Assembly (NCBI GenBank): GCA_012840225.1
Contig: DULU01000091.1
Location: forward strand, 1,408-65,407
Length of the DNA: 64,000 nt
From: Bacillota bacterium
GTDB lineage: Bacteria; Bacillota; Limnochordia; DTU080
Direction: 5' to 3'
Below are positions 46,142-57,106 of the stretch, piece by piece. How positions within the stretch are numbered: the first letter of the stretch is position 1; every line of letters begins with the position of its first letter. The position numbers and the translations under genes are program-made. Below the pieces are notes generated by a model. The model had not been told where the DNA came from. It was given only the letters and a program-made list of their open reading frames with translations, and made no database searches.

Positions 46142-48583
46142 ATGCATAGCAGGTTTACCGAGAGAGCGCAAAAAGTGATGGTGCTTGCCCAGGAAGAGGC
46201 CCGCCGGCTTGGCCACAACTATGTCGGTACCGAAGCTATCCTGCTCGGCTTGACGGCTGAAGGGGAAGGGATTGCCGCCAAAGCCCTGCAGGCTATGGGC
46301 GTCAGTTTAGATAAAGTGCGATCCGAAGTGGAGAAGATCATCGGTCGGGGCGACGGCCCCCAGGGACAGTTGCAGTTTACTCCCAGGGCCAAGCGGGTGA
46401 TCGAGCTGGCCTTTGAAGAGGCGAGGCTCCTGAATCATCCCTGGCTCGGCACCGAGCACCTGCTTCTCGGCCTGGTGCGTGAGGGCGAAGGGGTGGCTGC
46501 TCAGGTCCTGAAAAATCTGGGCATCGATCTGGAACGCCTGCGCAAGCAGGTGGTGGAGCTCTTTGAGCACCCCGGCACAGGGGCGGCCAAGCGCGAAGCC
46601 CGTGGTAGAAAAACTCCCACCCTGGACCAGTTCGGCCGCGACCTCACCGAACTCGCCCGGGAAGGAAAACTCGATCCGGTGGTCGGCCGGGAGAAGGAGA
46701 TCCAGCGGGTGATCCAGGTTCTCTCCCGCCGGACGAAAAACAACCCGGTGCTCATCGGGGACCCCGGCGTGGGGAAAACGGCTATCGTGGAAGGCTTGGC
46801 CCAGATGATAGTGAGCGGCAATGTCCCGGAGACCCTGGCGGACAAAAGGGTGGTCAGCCTGGATCTGGGCTCTCTGGTGGCGGGCTCCAAGTTCCGCGGC
46901 GAATTTGAGGAGCGCCTGAAAAAGGTGATGGATGAGATCCGCAATTCCGGGGATATCATCCTCTTTGTCGACGAGATGCATACCATCATCGGCGCCGGCG
47001 CCGCTGAAGGCGCCATCGATGCCTCCAACATCCTGAAGCCGGCTCTCTCCCGCGGCGAGCTGCAGGCCATCGGTGCCACCACCATTGATGAATATAGGAA
47101 GCATGTAGAGAAGGACGCGGCGCTGGAGAGACGGTTCCAGCCTATCCAGGTGGAAGAGCCGACGGTCGACGAGACCATCAAGATCCTCGAAGTGCTGCGC
47201 GATCGTTATGAAGCCCATCACCGGGTGAAGATCAGCGATGAAGCGCTGCGGGCCGCCGCCCGCCTCTCCGACCGCTATGTCTCGGACCGCTTCCTCCCGG
47301 ATAAGGCCATCGACCTGGTGGACGAGGCAGCGTCCAAAGTGAGGCTCTCCATTTTGGTCACCCCGCCCGAGCTCAAAGATCTGGAGAAGCAGATCGAGGA
47401 GATCCGCATGGAGAAGGGCTCGGCCATCAAGAACGAGGAGTTTGAGAAAGCGGCCGACCTGCGGGACAAGGAACAAAAGATGGTCAACGAGTTCGAGCGG
47501 AAGCTGTCGGAGTGGAAAAAGCAGCGGCATCGCACCGAGGGCACGGTCACCGAAGAGGACATCGCCGCCGTGGTGAGCAGTTGGACCGGCATCCCTGTGG
47601 CCAAGCTGGCGCAGGAGGAAAGCGAGCGGCTTTTGCAGCTTGAGGCGATCCTGCATCACCGGGTGGTAGGACAGGATGAGGCCATCAACGCCGTGGCGCG
47701 GGCCGTGAGAAGGGCCAGGGCGGGCCTGAAAGATCCCAAGCGCCCGGTAGGCTCCTTCATCTTCCTCGGGCCCACCGGGGTGGGCAAAACCGAGCTGGCC
47801 AGGGCTTTGGCCGAGGCGCTCTTCGGCGACGAGGATGCCATGATCCTGCTCGACATGTCGGAATATATGGAGAGACACACCGTATCCAGGCTGGTAGGCG
47901 CCCCTCCGGGCTATATTGGCTACGATGAGGGCGGGCAGCTGACCGACAAGGTCAGGCGCCGGCCGTATTCGGTGATCCTCCTCGACGAGATAGAGAAGGC
48001 GCATCCCGAGGTGTTCAACATCCTCCTGCAGGTGCTGGAGAACGGGCGGCTGACCGACGCCAAGGGGCGTACCGTCGATTTCCGCAACACGGTGCTGATC
48101 ATGACCTCCAATGTCGGTGCCCATGAGATCCAGAGGGAGACGACTATCGGTTTTAATGTGGCCACGGACGACAACGCCTCCTACGAATCCATGAAGGCCA
48201 AGGTGATGGACGAACTGAAGCGCACCTTCAGGCCCGAATTCCTGAACCGCATCGATGAGGTGATCGTTTTCCACGCTCTCAGCAAGGAGCAGTTGAAGCA
48301 GGTGGTGGAGATCATGGTGAAACAGGTGCAGACTCAGCTCCAGAGCCGGAACGTGCGCCTGCAGTTCACCGAGGAGGCCAAGGCTTTGCTGGCCGAGAAG
48401 GGCTTCGATCCCGATTATGGCGCCAGACCCTTGCGCCGGGCCATCCAGCGCTTGGTGGAGAACCCCTTCTCCGAGGAGATGCTGAAAGGGACGTTTGAGG
48501 AAGGCGACGACGTGGTGGTGGATGCGGAAAACGGGGAGATCGTCTTCCGCAAAGCGAGTAGTCCGACACCGGCGCATAAATAA
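46142..48583 (+). CDS. clpC: ATP-dependent Clp protease ATP-binding subunit ClpC
   Basis: Clp_N repeats, two Walker A sites (GDPGVGKT and GPTGVGKT) and a UVR-like linker; 813 aa. Confidence 0.97.
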   Translation: MHSRFTERAQKVMVLAQEEARRLGHNYVGTEAILLGLTAEGEGIAAKALQAMGVSLDKVRSEVEKIIGRGDGPQGQLQFTPRAKRVIELAFEEARLLNHPWLGTEHLLLGLVREGEGVAAQVLKNLGIDLERLRKQVVELFEHPGTGAAKREARGRKTPTLDQFGRDLTELAREGKLDPVVGREKEIQRVIQVLSRRTKNNPVLIGDPGVGKTAIVEGLAQMIVSGNVPETLADKRVVSLDLGSLVAGSKFRGEFEERLKKVMDEIRNSGDIILFVDEMHTIIGAGAAEGAIDASNILKPALSRGELQAIGATTIDEYRKHVEKDAALERRFQPIQVEEPTVDETIKILEVLRDRYEAHHRVKISDEALRAAARLSDRYVSDRFLPDKAIDLVDEAASKVRLSILVTPPELKDLEKQIEEIRMEKGSAIKNEEFEKAADLRDKEQKMVNEFERKLSEWKKQRHRTEGTVTEEDIAAVVSSWTGIPVAKLAQEESERLLQLEAILHHRVVGQDEAINAVARAVRRARAGLKDPKRPVGSFIFLGPTGVGKTELARALAEALFGDEDAMILLDMSEYMERHTVSRLVGAPPGYIGYDEGGQLTDKVRRRPYSVILLDEIEKAHPEVFNILLQVLENGRLTDAKGRTVDFRNTVLIMTSNVGAHEIQRETTIGFNVATDDNASYESMKAKVMDELKRTFRPEFLNRIDEVIVFHALSKEQLKQVVEIMVKQVQTQLQSRNVRLQFTEEAKALLAEKGFDPDYGARPLRRAIQRLVENPFSEEMLKGTFEEGDDVVVDAENGEIVFRKASSPTPAHK

Positions 48584-48614
48584 TAATTAACGACGGAGCG
48601 GCGATAACAAGCTG

Positions 48615-48651
48615 CAGGGAGAGGGCGACCGGAGGGTGTGCCCTCTCCCTG
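48615..48651 (+). terminator. 12-bp perfect GC-rich hairpin after clpC (CAGGGAGAGGGC-13 nt-GCCCTCTCCCTG), no U-tract
   Basis: Read directly. It lies in the 109-nt clpC-disA spacer and could be a partial terminator or an RNA processing/stability element. Confidence 0.45.
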
Positions 48652-48692
48652 CCGGCCGGTGGGAGCGACGGCAGGAAAAAGGCGGGTGAAAG

Positions 48693-49772
48693 GTGAGAGA
48701 CACCGAGAAAGGCGCCGATGATCTGTTGCTGCGCACTTTGCGCATGCTGGCCCCCGGTACCGTCCTGCACGAAGGCTTGGAAAACATCCTGCGCGCCCGC
48801 ACCGGGGCCCTGATCGTGGTCGGCGACAGCGAACTGGTGATGCCGCTGGTGAACGGCGGATTCAAAATCGAGGCCGAGACTACTGCTTCCGCCTTGTATG
48901 AGCTGGCCAAGATGGATGGCGCCATCATTCTCACCGGCGATGCCAAGCGCATCTTATATGCCAACGCTCACCTCACCCCCAACCCGGCCATTCCCGCCCA
49001 GGAAACCGGGATCCGGCACCGCACGGCTGAGCGAGTGGCCAGGCAAACCGGCGAGCTGGTCATCTCCATCTCGCAGCGGCGCAACGTGATCACCATCTAC
49101 CGGGGGCCGCTGCGCTATGTAATGCGCGACGTGGGCACCGTGCTGGCCAAGGCCAACCAGGCGCTGGCCACTTTGGAGAGGTATAAAACCGTTTTGGAGC
49201 AGGTGTTGCACAACTTGTCCGTGCTGGAGTTTGAGGATGTCGCCACCCTCCAGGATGCCGTCACCTGCATTCAGCGGGCGCAGCTGGTCAACCGCATCGC
49301 CCGCGAGGTGGAACGCTACGTGGTGGAACTCGGCTCGGAAGGCCGGCTGGTGAGCATGCAGCTCAGCGAGTTGATGGTGGATGTGGCCGATGAAGGGATA
49401 TTAGCCATCCGCGACTATAGCCTCGACCCCAACCACAAGGCCGAGGAGATCGCCGCCATGCTGGAGCAGTGGAGCAATGAAGATCTGCTGGACCTGTCGC
49501 TGATCGCCCGCGCCATCGGCTATGGCGCCAACGCCGGTAACCTGGATACGCCCGTCACCCCGCGAGGCTACCGGCTGCTCCACAAGATACCTCGCCTGCC
49601 GGCCAACGTGATCGACAACCTGGTGGCCAAATTCCGCACCTTGCCGGAGATCCTGGAGGCCTCCATCGACGAGCTGGACAGTGTGGAAGGGATTGGTGAG
49701 ATAAGAGCGAGGAACATCAAAGACGGTTTGCGGCGCCTGCGGGAGCAGGTGCTGCTGGAACGGCAGATATAG
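48693..49772 (+). CDS. disA: DNA integrity scanning protein DisA (diadenylate cyclase)
   Basis: LAPGTVLHEGLENILRARTGALIVVGD and DGAIIL...RHRTAER form the DAC domain. The C-terminal HhH is VEGIGEIRARNI. Confidence 0.92.
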   Translation: MRDTEKGADDLLLRTLRMLAPGTVLHEGLENILRARTGALIVVGDSELVMPLVNGGFKIEAETTASALYELAKMDGAIILTGDAKRILYANAHLTPNPAIPAQETGIRHRTAERVARQTGELVISISQRRNVITIYRGPLRYVMRDVGTVLAKANQALATLERYKTVLEQVLHNLSVLEFEDVATLQDAVTCIQRAQLVNRIAREVERYVVELGSEGRLVSMQLSELMVDVADEGILAIRDYSLDPNHKAEEIAAMLEQWSNEDLLDLSLIARAIGYGANAGNLDTPVTPRGYRLLHKIPRLPANVIDNLVAKFRTLPEILEASIDELDSVEGIGEIRARNIKDGLRRLREQVLLERQI

Positions 49773-49865
49773 GCGGCGCCGGCGCACCGCCGATTGACAT
49801 TTTTGGTTGAAAATGTTATGATTAGTTAAAATAAGACCTGGTAAATGAACGGAGGGCCACCTAGA

Positions 49866-50342
49866 TTGACTTTTGCCGTCGGAGACAAAGTGGTATATCC
49901 GATGCATGGCGCCGGGACCATCGAGGCCATTGAAGAAAGAGAGATACTTGGGGAAAAACATCGCTATTACATCATGAGGATGCCCATCGGCGACATGAAG
50001 GTGATGATCCCCATGGCCAATGTGGCGGAGATCGGTCTGCGGCAGATCATCGGCGACGGTGAAGTTGAGCAGGTGCTTGCCGTGTTGCGGGGCGAGCGCA
50101 CCCGCATGTCGTCCAACTGGAATCGCCGGTACAGGGCGAACCTGGAGAAGATCAAAAGCGGCAATATATATGAAGTGGCTGAAGTGGTGCGCAATCTTAC
50201 CCTGCGTGATCAGGAGAAAGGTCTGTCGACCGGTGAGCGGAAGATGCTGGAAAATGCCCGACAGATTCTCATAAGCGAATTGGTGCTGGCCCAGAATACT
50301 ACCGAAGAGCATGTGCAAGCCATCATCGACAGCATATATTAA
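49866..50342 (+). CDS. carD: CarD-family transcriptional regulator
   Basis: FAVGDKVVYPMHGAGTIEAIEERE... is the canonical CarD N-terminus. RBS GGAGGG lies 9 nt before the TTG at 49866. The longest ORF starts at 49845. Confidence 0.85.
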   Translation: MTFAVGDKVVYPMHGAGTIEAIEEREILGEKHRYYIMRMPIGDMKVMIPMANVAEIGLRQIIGDGEVEQVLAVLRGERTRMSSNWNRRYRANLEKIKSGNIYEVAEVVRNLTLRDQEKGLSTGERKMLENARQILISELVLAQNTTEEHVQAIIDSIY

Positions 50343-50521
50343 TATAGTTTGCCAAGACCGTGCCGTTTTTCCGCTGTTCTTTCACGTCTGCCGTCAGTCG
50401 CCTGTCAATCGCATTATATTCAGACATAGGGATATACCGATAATAATGAATCCGAACCGGCCGAGCTGGATATTATGGAAATGCGAGGTGATTAAATCGC
50501 CGCTTTAAGGAGGTGAAACAT

Positions 50522-51625
50522 ATGCGCATATTACAGGTGATTATGGCATTATGTGGTGGATTAATCGGTTTCCGGGGAGCCCTGTATCTTGTGGAAGGGG
50601 CGGTGTGGCCTCCGGTCTCGGGGTTGCATCCGCTGGTCGTGATGGCTGCGGCTGTGGTGGTTGGCGCTTTGGTCTTTGTGCTGTCGACCAAATATGTGGT
50701 GGCCGGCCTCCGCAAGCTGACGGCGGTGATCATCGCCAGCCTGCAGAGAATCCCTGCCCTGGATATTGCTGCCGGTGCCGTCGGCCTGATAGCCGGGATG
50801 ATCATCGGTATATTGGCCACCTTGCCGCTCCCCCGGAACATTCCTATAATAGGCGGTTACCTCCCCATCGCCGTGACTTTAACTGTGGGCTATATCGGTG
50901 CGGCGGTGGCGGTGCGTAAAAAAGAGGATTTGCTGTACATCTTCGCTCCGGGGGCCAAAGCCGGTCCGGGAGACCGTCAGGGCAAGGAGCGCGGCAGCGG
51001 GCGCACCGGAAAATATAACTGCCCCAAAATCCTTGATACCTCGGTGATCATTGATGGGCGGATCGCAGATATCGTGCAGGCGGGCTTCCTCGAGGGGCCG
51101 CTGGTGGTGCCGGGATTTGTGCTGGCCGAGCTGCAGCATATTGCCGATTCCGGGGACATTCTAAAGCGCAACCGGGGGCGGAGGGGACTGGATATCCTCA
51201 ATCGCATCCAGAAGGATCTTAAGATACCGGTGCAGATCATCGACCGCCACTTCGACGAGGTCGCCGAAGTGGATGCCAAGCTGGTCAAGCTGGCCCGCCT
51301 GCTCGAGGGCAAGGTGGTCACCAATGATTATAATCTCAACAAAGTGGCGGAGCTCCAGGGAGTGTCCGTGCTGAACATCAACGAGCTGGTCAATGCGGTG
51401 AAGCCGGTGGTGCTTCCGGGCGAAGAGATGACCGTGCGGGTGGTAAAAGACGGAAAGGAGCATGGTCAGGGCGTCGGCTACCTGGATGACGGCACCATGA
51501 TCGTCATCGACGGAGGCAGGCGCTATATCGGCGAGTCGGTGGGGGTGCAGGTGACCAACGTCTTGCAGACCGCCGCCGGCCGGATGATTTTTGCCAAGCC
51601 GAAGGTGATGGAGAGGGCTTTATAA
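50522..51625 (+). CDS. yacL: PIN/TRAM-domain membrane protein (YacL-like)
   Basis: N-terminal TM helices are followed by a PIN domain ([12 protein letters not shown]) and a C-terminal TRAM-like domain. RBS AAGGAGG lies 8 nt before the ATG at 50522. Confidence 0.85.
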   Translation: MRILQVIMALCGGLIGFRGALYLVEGAVWPPVSGLHPLVVMAAAVVVGALVFVLSTKYVVAGLRKLTAVIIASLQRIPALDIAAGAVGLIAGMIIGILATLPLPRNIPIIGGYLPIAVTLTVGYIGAAVAVRKKEDLLYIFAPGAKAGPGDRQGKERGSGRTGKYNCPKILDTSVIIDGRIADIVQAGFLEGPLVVPGFVLAELQHIADSGDILKRNRGRRGLDILNRIQKDLKIPVQIIDRHFDEVAEVDAKLVKLARLLEGKVVTNDYNLNKVAELQGVSVLNINELVNAVKPVVLPGEEMTVRVVKDGKEHGQGVGYLDDGTMIVIDGGRRYIGESVGVQVTNVLQTAAGRMIFAKPKVMERAL

Positions 51626-51712
51626 AATTATCCACCATATGCCACTGTCGGACCGCCGCTCCGGTGAGGACGTGGCGGTCCTTTTATTTTGAGGGAGATA
51701 GGGGTCGGAATC

Positions 51713-52939
51713 ATGGTTTATGTGATCATACCTGCCGCCGGCGAAGGTCAGCGCATGAAGTCGGCGGTGAGAAAGCAGTACCTGGATCTGCTGGGCCGGC
51801 CGATGCTGGTGTGGACGGTGGAGCTCTTTCACCGGCACCCGGAGGTGGCGGGGATCGTGCTCGCCGTCCCGGCAGGTGAAGAGCAAAATACCTATGCGCT
51901 GTTGGAGAAGCATGGAGTGGCGGGCAAGGCGCACCTCGTGGCCGGCGGTGCCGATCGCCGCGCTTCGGTGCGGGCGGCGCTCCTGGCGCTCCCGCCTGAA
52001 GCGACGGTGGTGCTGGTTCATGATGCCGTACGTCCCCTGGTCGAGCGGTCCGTGATCGAGGCCGTGATGGAGAAAGCGAGGCACGGGGCGGTCTGCGCCG
52101 CTCTGCCCGCCCAGGAGACGGTGAAGATCTGCCGGGAGGGAAAGGTGGTGGCCACTCCCGACCGGAGCAGCTTGTGGCATGTGCAGACGCCTCAGGGCTT
52201 CCCCCGTCGGCTCCTGGAGCGGGCTCATGAGGCCTGGGACGGGCGAACGGTGACCGACGACTGCCAGCTGGTGGAGATGCTGGGAGAAGAGGTGAGCGTG
52301 GTGAGAGGTAATCCGGAGAATATCAAAATAACTACTCCGGTCGATTTGCTGGTGGCGCGGGCTTTGCTCTCCGCCCGGCAAGAATGTGCGAACCTGCCAT
52401 GGCAGCCGGAGTCTCAGCCGGCGCCCCCTCCGCCTTCCCCTCCGCCTTCCTGCCCCGGCATGGGCGTGGGTTATGATGTACACCGGCTCGTCCCGGAGCG
52501 CCGGCTGGTGCTGGGCGGGGTGCAGATTCCTTATGAGAGAGGTCTTGCCGGCCACAGCGATGCCGATGTGCTCCTCCATGCCGTCATCGACGCCCTTTTG
52601 GGGGCGGCAGGCCTGGGGGATATCGGCCGCCACTTTCCTGATACCGAGGCGAAATACAAAGGTATTTCCAGCCTCGAGCTGTTGCGGGAGACGGTGGACA
52701 TAATCCGGCGGCGGGGGCTCATGGGGCGCGGCGTCGATGCCACCATTATAGCCGAGAGGCCGCGCCTGGCCTCCTATATCCCCGAGATGCGGCAAAACAT
52801 TGCGACCATCGTCGGGCTACCTCCGGAGGCGGTGAATATCAAAGCCACCACCAATGAGAAGATGGGTTTCCTCGGCCGGGGAGAGGGTATAGCGGCCCTC
52901 AGTGTGGCTACGGTGAGCCCGGCTCCGGTTAAAGAATAA
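51713..52939 (+). CDS. ispDF: bifunctional 2-C-methyl-D-erythritol 4-phosphate cytidylyltransferase / 2-C-methyl-D-erythritol 2,4-cyclodiphosphate synthase
   Basis: The N-terminal half is IspD ([21 protein letters not shown]). A Pro-rich linker ([18 protein letters not shown]) follows. The C-terminal half is IspF ([20 protein letters not shown]). All of it is one uninterrupted frame. Confidence 0.9.
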   Translation: MVYVIIPAAGEGQRMKSAVRKQYLDLLGRPMLVWTVELFHRHPEVAGIVLAVPAGEEQNTYALLEKHGVAGKAHLVAGGADRRASVRAALLALPPEATVVLVHDAVRPLVERSVIEAVMEKARHGAVCAALPAQETVKICREGKVVATPDRSSLWHVQTPQGFPRRLLERAHEAWDGRTVTDDCQLVEMLGEEVSVVRGNPENIKITTPVDLLVARALLSARQECANLPWQPESQPAPPPPSPPPSCPGMGVGYDVHRLVPERRLVLGGVQIPYERGLAGHSDADVLLHAVIDALLGAAGLGDIGRHFPDTEAKYKGISSLELLRETVDIIRRRGLMGRGVDATIIAERPRLASYIPEMRQNIATIVGLPPEAVNIKATTNEKMGFLGRGEGIAALSVATVSPAPVKE

Positions 52940-52949
52940 GCCTGATTTC

Positions 52950-53419
52950 CTAAGCCATTGCTTTCAGCAAATTGGCCATCTCGATGGCGGCCAGGGCGGC
53001 ATCCCACCCCTTGTTTCCGGCTTTGGTGCCGGCCCGCTCCACAGCCTGTTCAATGGTGTCGGCCGTGATGATCCCGAAGATGACGGGCAGGTCGGTATCC
53101 AAAGCCACCTTGGCCACACCTTTGCTGGCTTCGGCCGCCACATATTCGAAATGCGGGGTGGCGCCCCTGATGACGGCGCCGAGGCAGATAACGGCATCAT
53201 AGCGGCCGCTTGTGGCCATCTTCTTGGCGATCAGGGGAATCTCGAAAGCCCCCGGCACCCAGGCGATATCCACGGCTTGGGTGTCCGCGCCGTGGCGCTC
53301 CAGGCAATCCAGGGCCCCGCCCAAAAGGCGGGTGGTGATAAACTCGTTGAAACGGCCGACGACGATGCCGAAGCGTAAGCCTCCGGCCTGCAGGTGTCCT
53401 TCAAAAGTACGGCTCATGG
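52950..53419 (-). CDS. ribH: 6,7-dimethyl-8-ribityllumazine synthase
   Basis: [20 protein letters not shown] and [24 protein letters not shown] lies 6 nt before the ATG at 53419. Confidence 0.92.
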
Positions 53420-53451
53420 TCATCCTCCTCGATGAGAAAGGTCGAAATGCC

Positions 53452-54708
53452 TCAATGTTTGTGGTAAGCGGCATTAATTATGTGTTCATGCAAAAGGTGG
53501 CCCATCTTGTCGCGCTTGGTGGCCAGGTATCTGACGTTGTTGGGGTTGGCTTCTATCTCCAGCGGCAGCCGTTCCTCGATCACCAACCCATAGCCGTCCA
53601 AACCGGCAATTTTGCGGGGATTGTTGGTTAAAAGCTTAATGCTGCTCAGGCCGAGATCAACCAGGATCTGAGCGCCGGTGCCATAGTCGCGCAGATCGGG
53701 CGGAAAGCCCAGCGAGATGTTGGCCTCCACGGTATCCTGGCCCTGATCCTGCAGGGCATAAGCTTTGATCTTGTTCATCAGGCCGAGACCCCGGCCTTCA
53801 TGCTCGGGCAGGTAGACCAGCACCCCTCTTTCGGCTTCACCGATGCGTTTGAGGGCCGCCGCCAACTGCTCGCCGCAGTCGCATCTTAAGCTCCCCAGCA
53901 CGTCGCCGGTGACGCAGCCGGAATGCATGCGCACCAGCACCCCGCTCTGCCCGGCCACTTCGCCTTTCACCAGGGCTACCGGTGTCTGGCCGGAGATCTT
54001 GTCCCGGTAGCAGATGATGCGAAAATGGCCCCATTTGGTGGGCAGATCGGCTTCGGCCGCCCGCTCCACCAGCTTCTCGGTTCGCCGCCGGTAGGAGATC
54101 AGATCGGCCACCGTCACCATTTTCAGCCCGTGTTTGGCGGCAAACTTGATCAGCTCCGGTGTGCGGGCCATGGTGCCGTCCTCGTTCATGATCTCGCAGA
54201 TCACGCCCACCGGCTGCAGGCCGGCCAGGCGGGCCAGGTCGACGGCCGCCTCCGTCTGCCCGGCTCTGTGCAGCACGCCGCCGGGACGGGCTTGCAGGGG
54301 AAAGATGTGTCCCGGCCGCACCAAATCGTCGGGAGTGGTTTTGGGATCGGCCAGAGCCTTGATGGTCATCCACCGTTCATAGGCGGAGATGCCTGTGCGT
54401 GCCAGGCGGTGGTCCACCGATACGGTAAAGGCCGTGCGCATGGACTCGGTGTTGTGCTCCACCATCAAGGGGATTTTCAGCTCGGCCAGGCGCTCGGCGG
54501 TCATGGGGACGCAGATCAAGCCGCGTCCATATTTAGCCATAAAGTTGACATGTTCGGGAGTGCAGAGTTCGGCGGCCATCACCAGGTCGCCTTCATTTTC
54601 CCGGTCGGGATCGTCCTGCACGATCACCATTTCCCCGGCCTTGACAGCGGCTATCGCTTCGGGGATAGTGCTGTAACCTTCGTGGATAGCGCGGGCATCA
54701 TTCATCAC
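53452..54708 (-). CDS. ribBA: bifunctional 3,4-dihydroxy-2-butanone-4-phosphate synthase / GTP cyclohydrolase II
   Basis: [16 protein letters not shown] (RibB part) and [18 protein letters not shown] (RibA zinc site). Confidence 0.95.
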   Translation of the reverse strand: MMNDARAIHEGYSTIPEAIAAVKAGEMVIVQDDPDRENEGDLVMAAELCTPEHVNFMAKYGRGLICVPMTAERLAELKIPLMVEHNTESMRTAFTVSVDHRLARTGISAYERWMTIKALADPKTTPDDLVRPGHIFPLQARPGGVLHRAGQTEAAVDLARLAGLQPVGVICEIMNEDGTMARTPELIKFAAKHGLKMVTVADLISYRRRTEKLVERAAEADLPTKWGHFRIICYRDKISGQTPVALVKGEVAGQSGVLVRMHSGCVTGDVLGSLRCDCGEQLAAALKRIGEAERGVLVYLPEHEGRGLGLMNKIKAYALQDQGQDTVEANISLGFPPDLRDYGTGAQILVDLGLSSIKLLTNNPRKIAGLDGYGLVIEERLPLEIEANPNNVRYLATKRDKMGHLLHEHIINAAYHKH

Positions 54709-55355
54709 ACAAAACCCTCTCTTTGCAGCAGCTCCATGGTCAGACCTGAGCTTTCGCTTCTTTTTTGCATGTAACCGGCCACATATTTACCAATGATGTC
54801 GGTTTCCAGATTGACCGCCTCGCCGGGGCGGAGAGCCCCAAGAGTGGTTACCTGCATGGTGTGCGGGATCAAGGCCACGCTGAAGCTGTTGCCGGTGAGC
54901 CTGGCGATGGTCAGGCTGACGCCGTCCAGGGCGACCGAACCTTTGAACACCATGCCTGCCATGAGCGAGGCCGAGGCTGTCACGGTGACCAGGCGGGCGG
55001 CTCCCTCCGCCTCTATGGCCACCACCTGGCCGACCCCGTCCACATGGCCGAGCACCAGATGCCCGTCGAGCCGACTGTCCAGGCGGAGGGCTCTTTCCAG
55101 ATTAACCTTTCGCCCGGGGGTGAACGAGCCCAGCGTGGAGCGGCTCAAGGTTTCGCTCATCGCCAGAGCTTTAAACCAGGGCTGACCGGCCGGGGCTTTG
55201 GTCACCACGGTGAGGCACACGCCGTTGACGCTGATGGAGTCGCCCACTTTCACTTCCGGGGCGATCTTTTCCGCCCTTATGGTAAAAGTGGCGGAAAGAT
55301 TCTCCTTATAAATGGCGGTGACCGTTCCCACTTCCTCGATCAGACCGGTGAACAT
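54705..55355 (-). CDS. ribE: riboflavin synthase (alpha chain)
   Basis: [12 protein letters not shown] and VNGVCLTV...DGVSLTI form the duplicated lumazine-binding repeats. Confidence 0.92.
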   Translation of the reverse strand: MFTGLIEEVGTVTAIYKENLSATFTIRAEKIAPEVKVGDSISVNGVCLTVVTKAPAGQPWFKALAMSETLSRSTLGSFTPGRKVNLERALRLDSRLDGHLVLGHVDGVGQVVAIEAEGAARLVTVTASASLMAGMVFKGSVALDGVSLTIARLTGNSFSVALIPHTMQVTTLGALRPGEAVNLETDIIGKYVAGYMQKRSESSGLTMELLQREGFV

Positions 55356-55357
55356 GC

Positions 55358-56599
55358 CTAGTCACCTCCCTCCGGTGCCTGACACCGGCTGCAATTGGGG
55401 CTATCGGCGGAGTTGCTCTCACCACCGGGCTGTGCAGGGAAGCTTTGATAGGCCACCAAACCGCTGATCAGCAGGTCCCGGCCCACCCAACGGCTTTCCG
55501 GATCTACGAGGCGGGGCGCCTCGGCAGGCTGCTCTACTCCCAGTCCGGCTAAGGCGGGGATGGCTCCACCGCCGCCGAAAAAGAGGGGGGCAAAAAAGAG
55601 CCGACATTCGTCGATGAGCTGTCTGTCGAACATGCTCCCGGCCAAAGTGGCCCCGCCTTCCAGCAATATGTTGGTGATTTCCAGTTGTGCCAGGTGTGAC
55701 AAAAAGAGCGCTAAATCCACCCGCCCGCTCTTGTCGGCCGGTCCCTGCCAAACCGAGATGTGCCGCTCTTCAAAAGCAGCCACTTTGGCGGGAGGAGCTT
55801 CTTCGACGGCGGCGATGATGGTGCGGCCGGGGAGTTCCGGAGAGAAGCATCTGGCGGAGAGCGGAGAGCGCAGGTGGCTGTCGATGATGATGCGCACCGG
55901 TTGCCTGATGTCCGCCACGTTTTTCCCCGGCAGCCTGGCCGTCAGTTCGGGGTTGTCGGCCAGCACCGTTCCCGCACCTACCATGATGGCATCGGCTTCA
56001 CTGCGCATCTGATGCACCAGCTCCCGGGCCGGCTCGCCGGTGATCCAGCGGGAGAGGCCGGCTTTGGTGGCAGTCTTCCCGTCCATGGTGAGGGCGGCCT
56101 TCCACACGACATGGGGCCGGAGCTTGGTCTGGTAGGTGATATAAGCGGCATTCAGCCGCCGGGCTTCCCGCTCCATCACCCCTTCGGTAACGGCGATGCC
56201 GGCCCGACGCAGCCCGGCGAGGCCGCGGCCCTGCACTCTGGGGTCGGGATCGGTCATCGCCACCACCACTCTCCTGACGCCGGCTCTCAAGACGGCATCA
56301 AGACAGGGCGGTGTGCGGCCATAGTGCACGCAAGGCTCAAGCGTAACATATAGCTCCGCCTCCCGGGCGGCTTCCCCGGCCATCTGCAGGGCCAGCACTT
56401 CCGCATGCGACTCCCCGGCCCTGTGATGATAGCCCTCGCCCACCATCCGGCCATTATTGACCACCACGGCTCCGACCATGGGGTTGGGAGAAGTCTGACC
56501 CCTGGCCCGCCCGGCGAGCTCCAAAGCCCGCCGCATCCACTTCTCGTCGTCCGGGCGAGCCGTGGCTGCGGTTCCGGTATCTGTGTGCGCTTCTTTCAA
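55358..56599 (-). CDS. ribD: bifunctional diaminohydroxyphosphoribosylaminopyrimidine deaminase / 5-amino-6-(5-phosphoribosylamino)uracil reductase
   Basis: DEKWMRRALELA, SPNPMVGAVVV and HAEV...PCVHYGRTPPC form the CDA zinc site, followed by the reductase half. The longest ORF (to 56680) would run through the riboswitch terminator. I placed the start at TTG 56599 (RBS GGGAGAG, 8 nt); GTG 56608 is an alternative. Confidence 0.85.
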   Translation of the reverse strand: MKEAHTDTGTAATARPDDEKWMRRALELAGRARGQTSPNPMVGAVVVNNGRMVGEGYHHRAGESHAEVLALQMAGEAAREAELYVTLEPCVHYGRTPPCLDAVLRAGVRRVVVAMTDPDPRVQGRGLAGLRRAGIAVTEGVMEREARRLNAAYITYQTKLRPHVVWKAALTMDGKTATKAGLSRWITGEPARELVHQMRSEADAIMVGAGTVLADNPELTARLPGKNVADIRQPVRIIIDSHLRSPLSARCFSPELPGRTIIAAVEEAPPAKVAAFEERHISVWQGPADKSGRVDLALFLSHLAQLEITNILLEGGATLAGSMFDRQLIDECRLFFAPLFFGGGGAIPALAGLGVEQPAEAPRLVDPESRWVGRDLLISGLVAYQSFPAQPGGESNSADSPNCSRCQAPEGGD

Positions 56600-56636
56600 A
56601 TAAAGCACTCTCCCGGCTGTAAGCTCACTCTTCCTG

Positions 56637-56669
56637 ATACAAAACAACCCGAAGGCCAACCCTCCGGGT
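56637..56669 (-). terminator. attenuator hairpin of the FMN riboswitch (CCCGGAGG-gttgg-CCTTCGGG followed by TTGTTTTGT)
   Basis: Read on the minus strand. An 8-bp stem (one G-U pair) precedes a U-rich tract, between the aptamer and the ribD start. Confidence 0.65.
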
Positions 56670-56691
56670 ACAATGGGCAAACTAGTGCCGG

Positions 56692-56892
56692 ACCCCCTCT
56701 TCCATCCGGACTTTACCGTCGGCCCTGGATTCTCACCAAGTCTGCCGCCGGCGCCGCTTCTTTATGGCACAGCCAGATCGCCAAAGCTGGCTGTCGGCGC
56801 CGGAAGCTCGTGGGCTTGTGAATTGCCGCTGTGGGTCAATCCCATCACCACCGGTAGGGAATTGCTCGCTCGAGCTCACCCTGCCCTGAAGG
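56692..56892 (-). promoter_or_regulatory. FMN riboswitch (RFN element) aptamer
   Basis: On the minus strand the 5' part reads UCAGGGCAGGGUGA...AAUUCCCUACCGGUGGUGAUG. The 3' part reads CUUGGUGAGAAUCCAGGGCCGACGGUAAAGUCCGGAUGGAAGAG. Both match the conserved RFN cores, upstream of ribD. Confidence 0.9.
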
Positions 56893-56913
56893 TGCCTGTT
56901 GCATTACATCCAA

Positions 56914-56942
56914 AGCATAACACTTGCCGGAAGGCGGTGCAA
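56914..56942 (-). promoter_or_regulatory. candidate sigma-A promoter of the rib operon
   Basis: On the minus strand, TTGCAC is followed by 17 nt and then TATGCT, with a TG extension (GTGtTATGCT). It sits about 20 nt upstream of the riboswitch. Confidence 0.5.
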
Positions 56943-57106
56943 GGGTTATTCGGGAAGGACAGGAGGAAGCCGGTGGAGAAAGGCCGTCCGGGAATGGAAG
57001 GCCAGGGGAGGGGTCGCTGCCGGAGAGGCGAATTTATCATGGACGTTTAACGGCGCGGTGAGCGGAGAGGCCGATGTGATTTGGCACGAGAAAGCGAGGA
57101 CGGCCG

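Noticed and set aside
46307-48577. 756-aa ORF antisense to clpC. Similar long antisense ORFs occur at 1592-3160, 8474-9388, 14358-15161, 27073-28113, 28408-29265, 34286-35635, 41024-42001, 45257-46078, 49401-50318, 51620-52795 and 53923-54774.
   Set aside because: Each lies opposite a gene with unmistakable conserved motifs. Their translations are Arg/Gly/Pro/His-rich low-complexity sequence, typical of shadow ORFs in GC-rich DNA. None has a convincing RBS.
56600-56680. Upstream extension of ribD to the ATG at 56680
   Set aside because: It would translate through the FMN riboswitch terminator hairpin and the 3' end of the aptamer.
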